From positions 60,001-92,000 of the forward strand of contig BAAFSQ010000005.1 of the NCBI GenBank assembly GCA_054661495.1: a DNA stretch of 32,000 bases, given 5' to 3'. Below, one piece after another: positions 30,558 to 32,000 of this stretch. The stretch's first letter is position 1. Each line of letters begins with the position of its first letter. The translations under genes and the position numbers were made by a program. This stretch comes from Zygophlyctis sp. KS116 (lineage: Eukaryota > Fungi > Chytridiomycota). The notes beneath the pieces were generated by a model. It was not told where the DNA came from. It worked only from the letters and a program-made list of their open reading frames with translations, and made no database searches.

Positions 30558-31365
30558 ATGTCTGAAGAGAGTTTGGGCAGCTTCAAAGAGCACGAGAGTG
30601 ATTCTGGAGAGAGTTGGAAAGTTATTTTAGATGAGAAAGCAGAGGATCAAACTGATCGGATTAAAAATGTTTCAACAGATCTAGTAAATAGAAATGATGT
30701 GGTTCGTTTTGTTCATAATAAGAAATCAATGATTCTTGGGTTTAGACAACATCCTGAACAGGCAAGGATGATTGGACTCACTGGAAAGGATAGAAGACCA
30801 GTTGACCCCCCACCAATTCTGGAATTGATTTGTTTGGATGATCAGGGAAATAGAGTAGAGTAAGTTGTAAAATTTAAATTATAGTTGTTCTGGGTTTTGT
30901 CAGGAATTTGTGGCGTGTGTTTCTCTATATTCCAAGGATGGAGTCACTAATATGAGTCAAGTTGTGAGATTAGATAATTTTCCTTCAGATGATCCAAGAA
31001 TTATAAATAGTTTAGATGGGGAAACAGACACAAATTGTCAGGTTATGCTGGATGAAGATGGGAAAAAAGTCTTTTTTTTCATTTTTCCTCAATTATCTGT
31101 AAGAATTAGAGGGGAATTTTGCTTAAAATTTGTAATTGTGAATCCTAGAGAGTATATACTTAATAATAATAATAGGGCTGAAATGAATTCTATGGGACAT
31201 TGTCCAATAATGGCAGAAATATTCTCAAATCCTTTTATTGTCTATGCGATAAAGGATTTTCCTGGAGTAAAAGGTATTTATAGTGTTTATTTGAATGTAA
31301 TAGAAACTACTAGATTATCTAGTTGGGTAAAAAATCAAGGCATTAGATTAAATTCTCGTCGTTAG
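30558..31365 (+). CDS. Velvet-domain regulator (VelB/VosA-like family)
   Basis: RQHPEQARMIG..KDRRPVDPPPILEL, FFIFPQLSVRIRGEFCLKF, IFSNPFIVY..KDFPGVKETTRLS..KNQGIRL. Introns 30860-30884, 31152-31175, 31274-31303. An extra 5' exon is possible. Confidence 0.9.
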
Positions 31366-31496
31366 GTCGAGACACAAAGGCAAAACGAATGATATACAAA
31401 GCATTTAAATTCTTCATTATTTTTATTTTCGGATATGGAAATAAGATGCATACGGTTTTTAGACCAAGATATTGCAAAGAAATTTTTAGTTAATTT

Positions 31497-32000
31497 CTAG
31501 ATTTTTTTGAATTCATGACCACTCAAGTCCATGTCTCCTATTTGACCAATGTCAATTATAAGAGGTCTATTGTCCTTGGATAATTGAAATGTCACATAGA
31601 TGAAATCAATTTTGGGATTCCAAGCATCAATTAAACACTTGATACAATCAATGATTTCTTGATATGGCAAATTTGGGTAGTTTTTAAGAAAAGTCTGTGA
31701 TGAAGGAGTTGGTTTACCTTGGGAATCATTCCAAAGTTTCTAAATATCAAAATTATGAAAAGTTACAGTTTTCAAGACGGAACTTTTCCATTTCCCATCA
31801 ACTAAATCTGGTTCTTCAGCTATTCTCGTATAAAATTGATCAGACTAGAATTAGTTAAACTTGTATTTACCAAGTATATTTCCAAGTCTTGCTCTCTGCT
31901 TATTCTGATTAAAAAATCCAAGGTAAATCTACGACCACCATATAATGCAACGATTTTTTCAATCTTTTTAAAGTAAAAAACACTCCCAATATCTAATTGA
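31497..32000 (-). CDS. 3' end of a degenerate tubulin-tyrosine-ligase-like (TTL/TTLL12-like) protein; partial, not in the ORF track
   Basis: Spliced translation FKKIEKIVALYGGRRFTLDFLIRISREQDLEIYL|SDQFYTRIAEEP...LKT|KLWND...FIYVTFQLSKDNRPLIIDIG...* using introns 31845-31870 and 31740-31766. It resembles the TTL pattern QKYIE.P.L..G.KFDLR...P.LLEVN. Stop TAG 31497-31499. Confidence 0.5.

Noticed and set aside
1-32000. Metabolic gene cluster, prokaryotic defence system, CRISPR, transposon, tRNA/rRNA, or Introner-type repeated introns
   Set aside because: Neighbouring genes are functionally unrelated housekeeping genes. I found no transposase/RT motifs, repeat-spacer arrays or structured RNA signatures. 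The introns share no sequence beyond the splice sites.

Overview
Eukaryotic, AT-rich and extremely compact genomic DNA. It is most likely from an early-diverging (probably zoosporic/chytrid-type) fungus, because it has a velvet-domain gene, eEF3 and a fungal-type NRK1 together with animal-like PDE9, TONSL and TTL-family genes. I can reconstruct 18 protein-coding genes. The supplied ORF track is fragmented because most genes are split by ultra-short GT-AG spliceosomal introns. I placed about 58 by hand, all 24-32 nt. Several are stop-free multiples of 3 hidden inside the listed ORFs. Genes are packed almost without spacers: convergent stop codons 0 and 4 nt apart, convergent CDS overlaps of 55 and 15 nt, an 11-nt same-strand gap, a probable same-strand overlap and a probable head-to-head overlap. 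The most unusual proteins are a GT32 + GT12 (B4GALNT-like) + FN3 + CBM-like glycosyltransferase fusion, a TONSL-like protein with only TPR and UBL domains, a hidden AP-5-sigma-like longin gene, a membrane-anchored oligopeptidase B and an eEF3 of apparently non-yeast type. I saw no RNA genes, CRISPR arrays or transposons. All homology calls come from motif recognition, not database searches.
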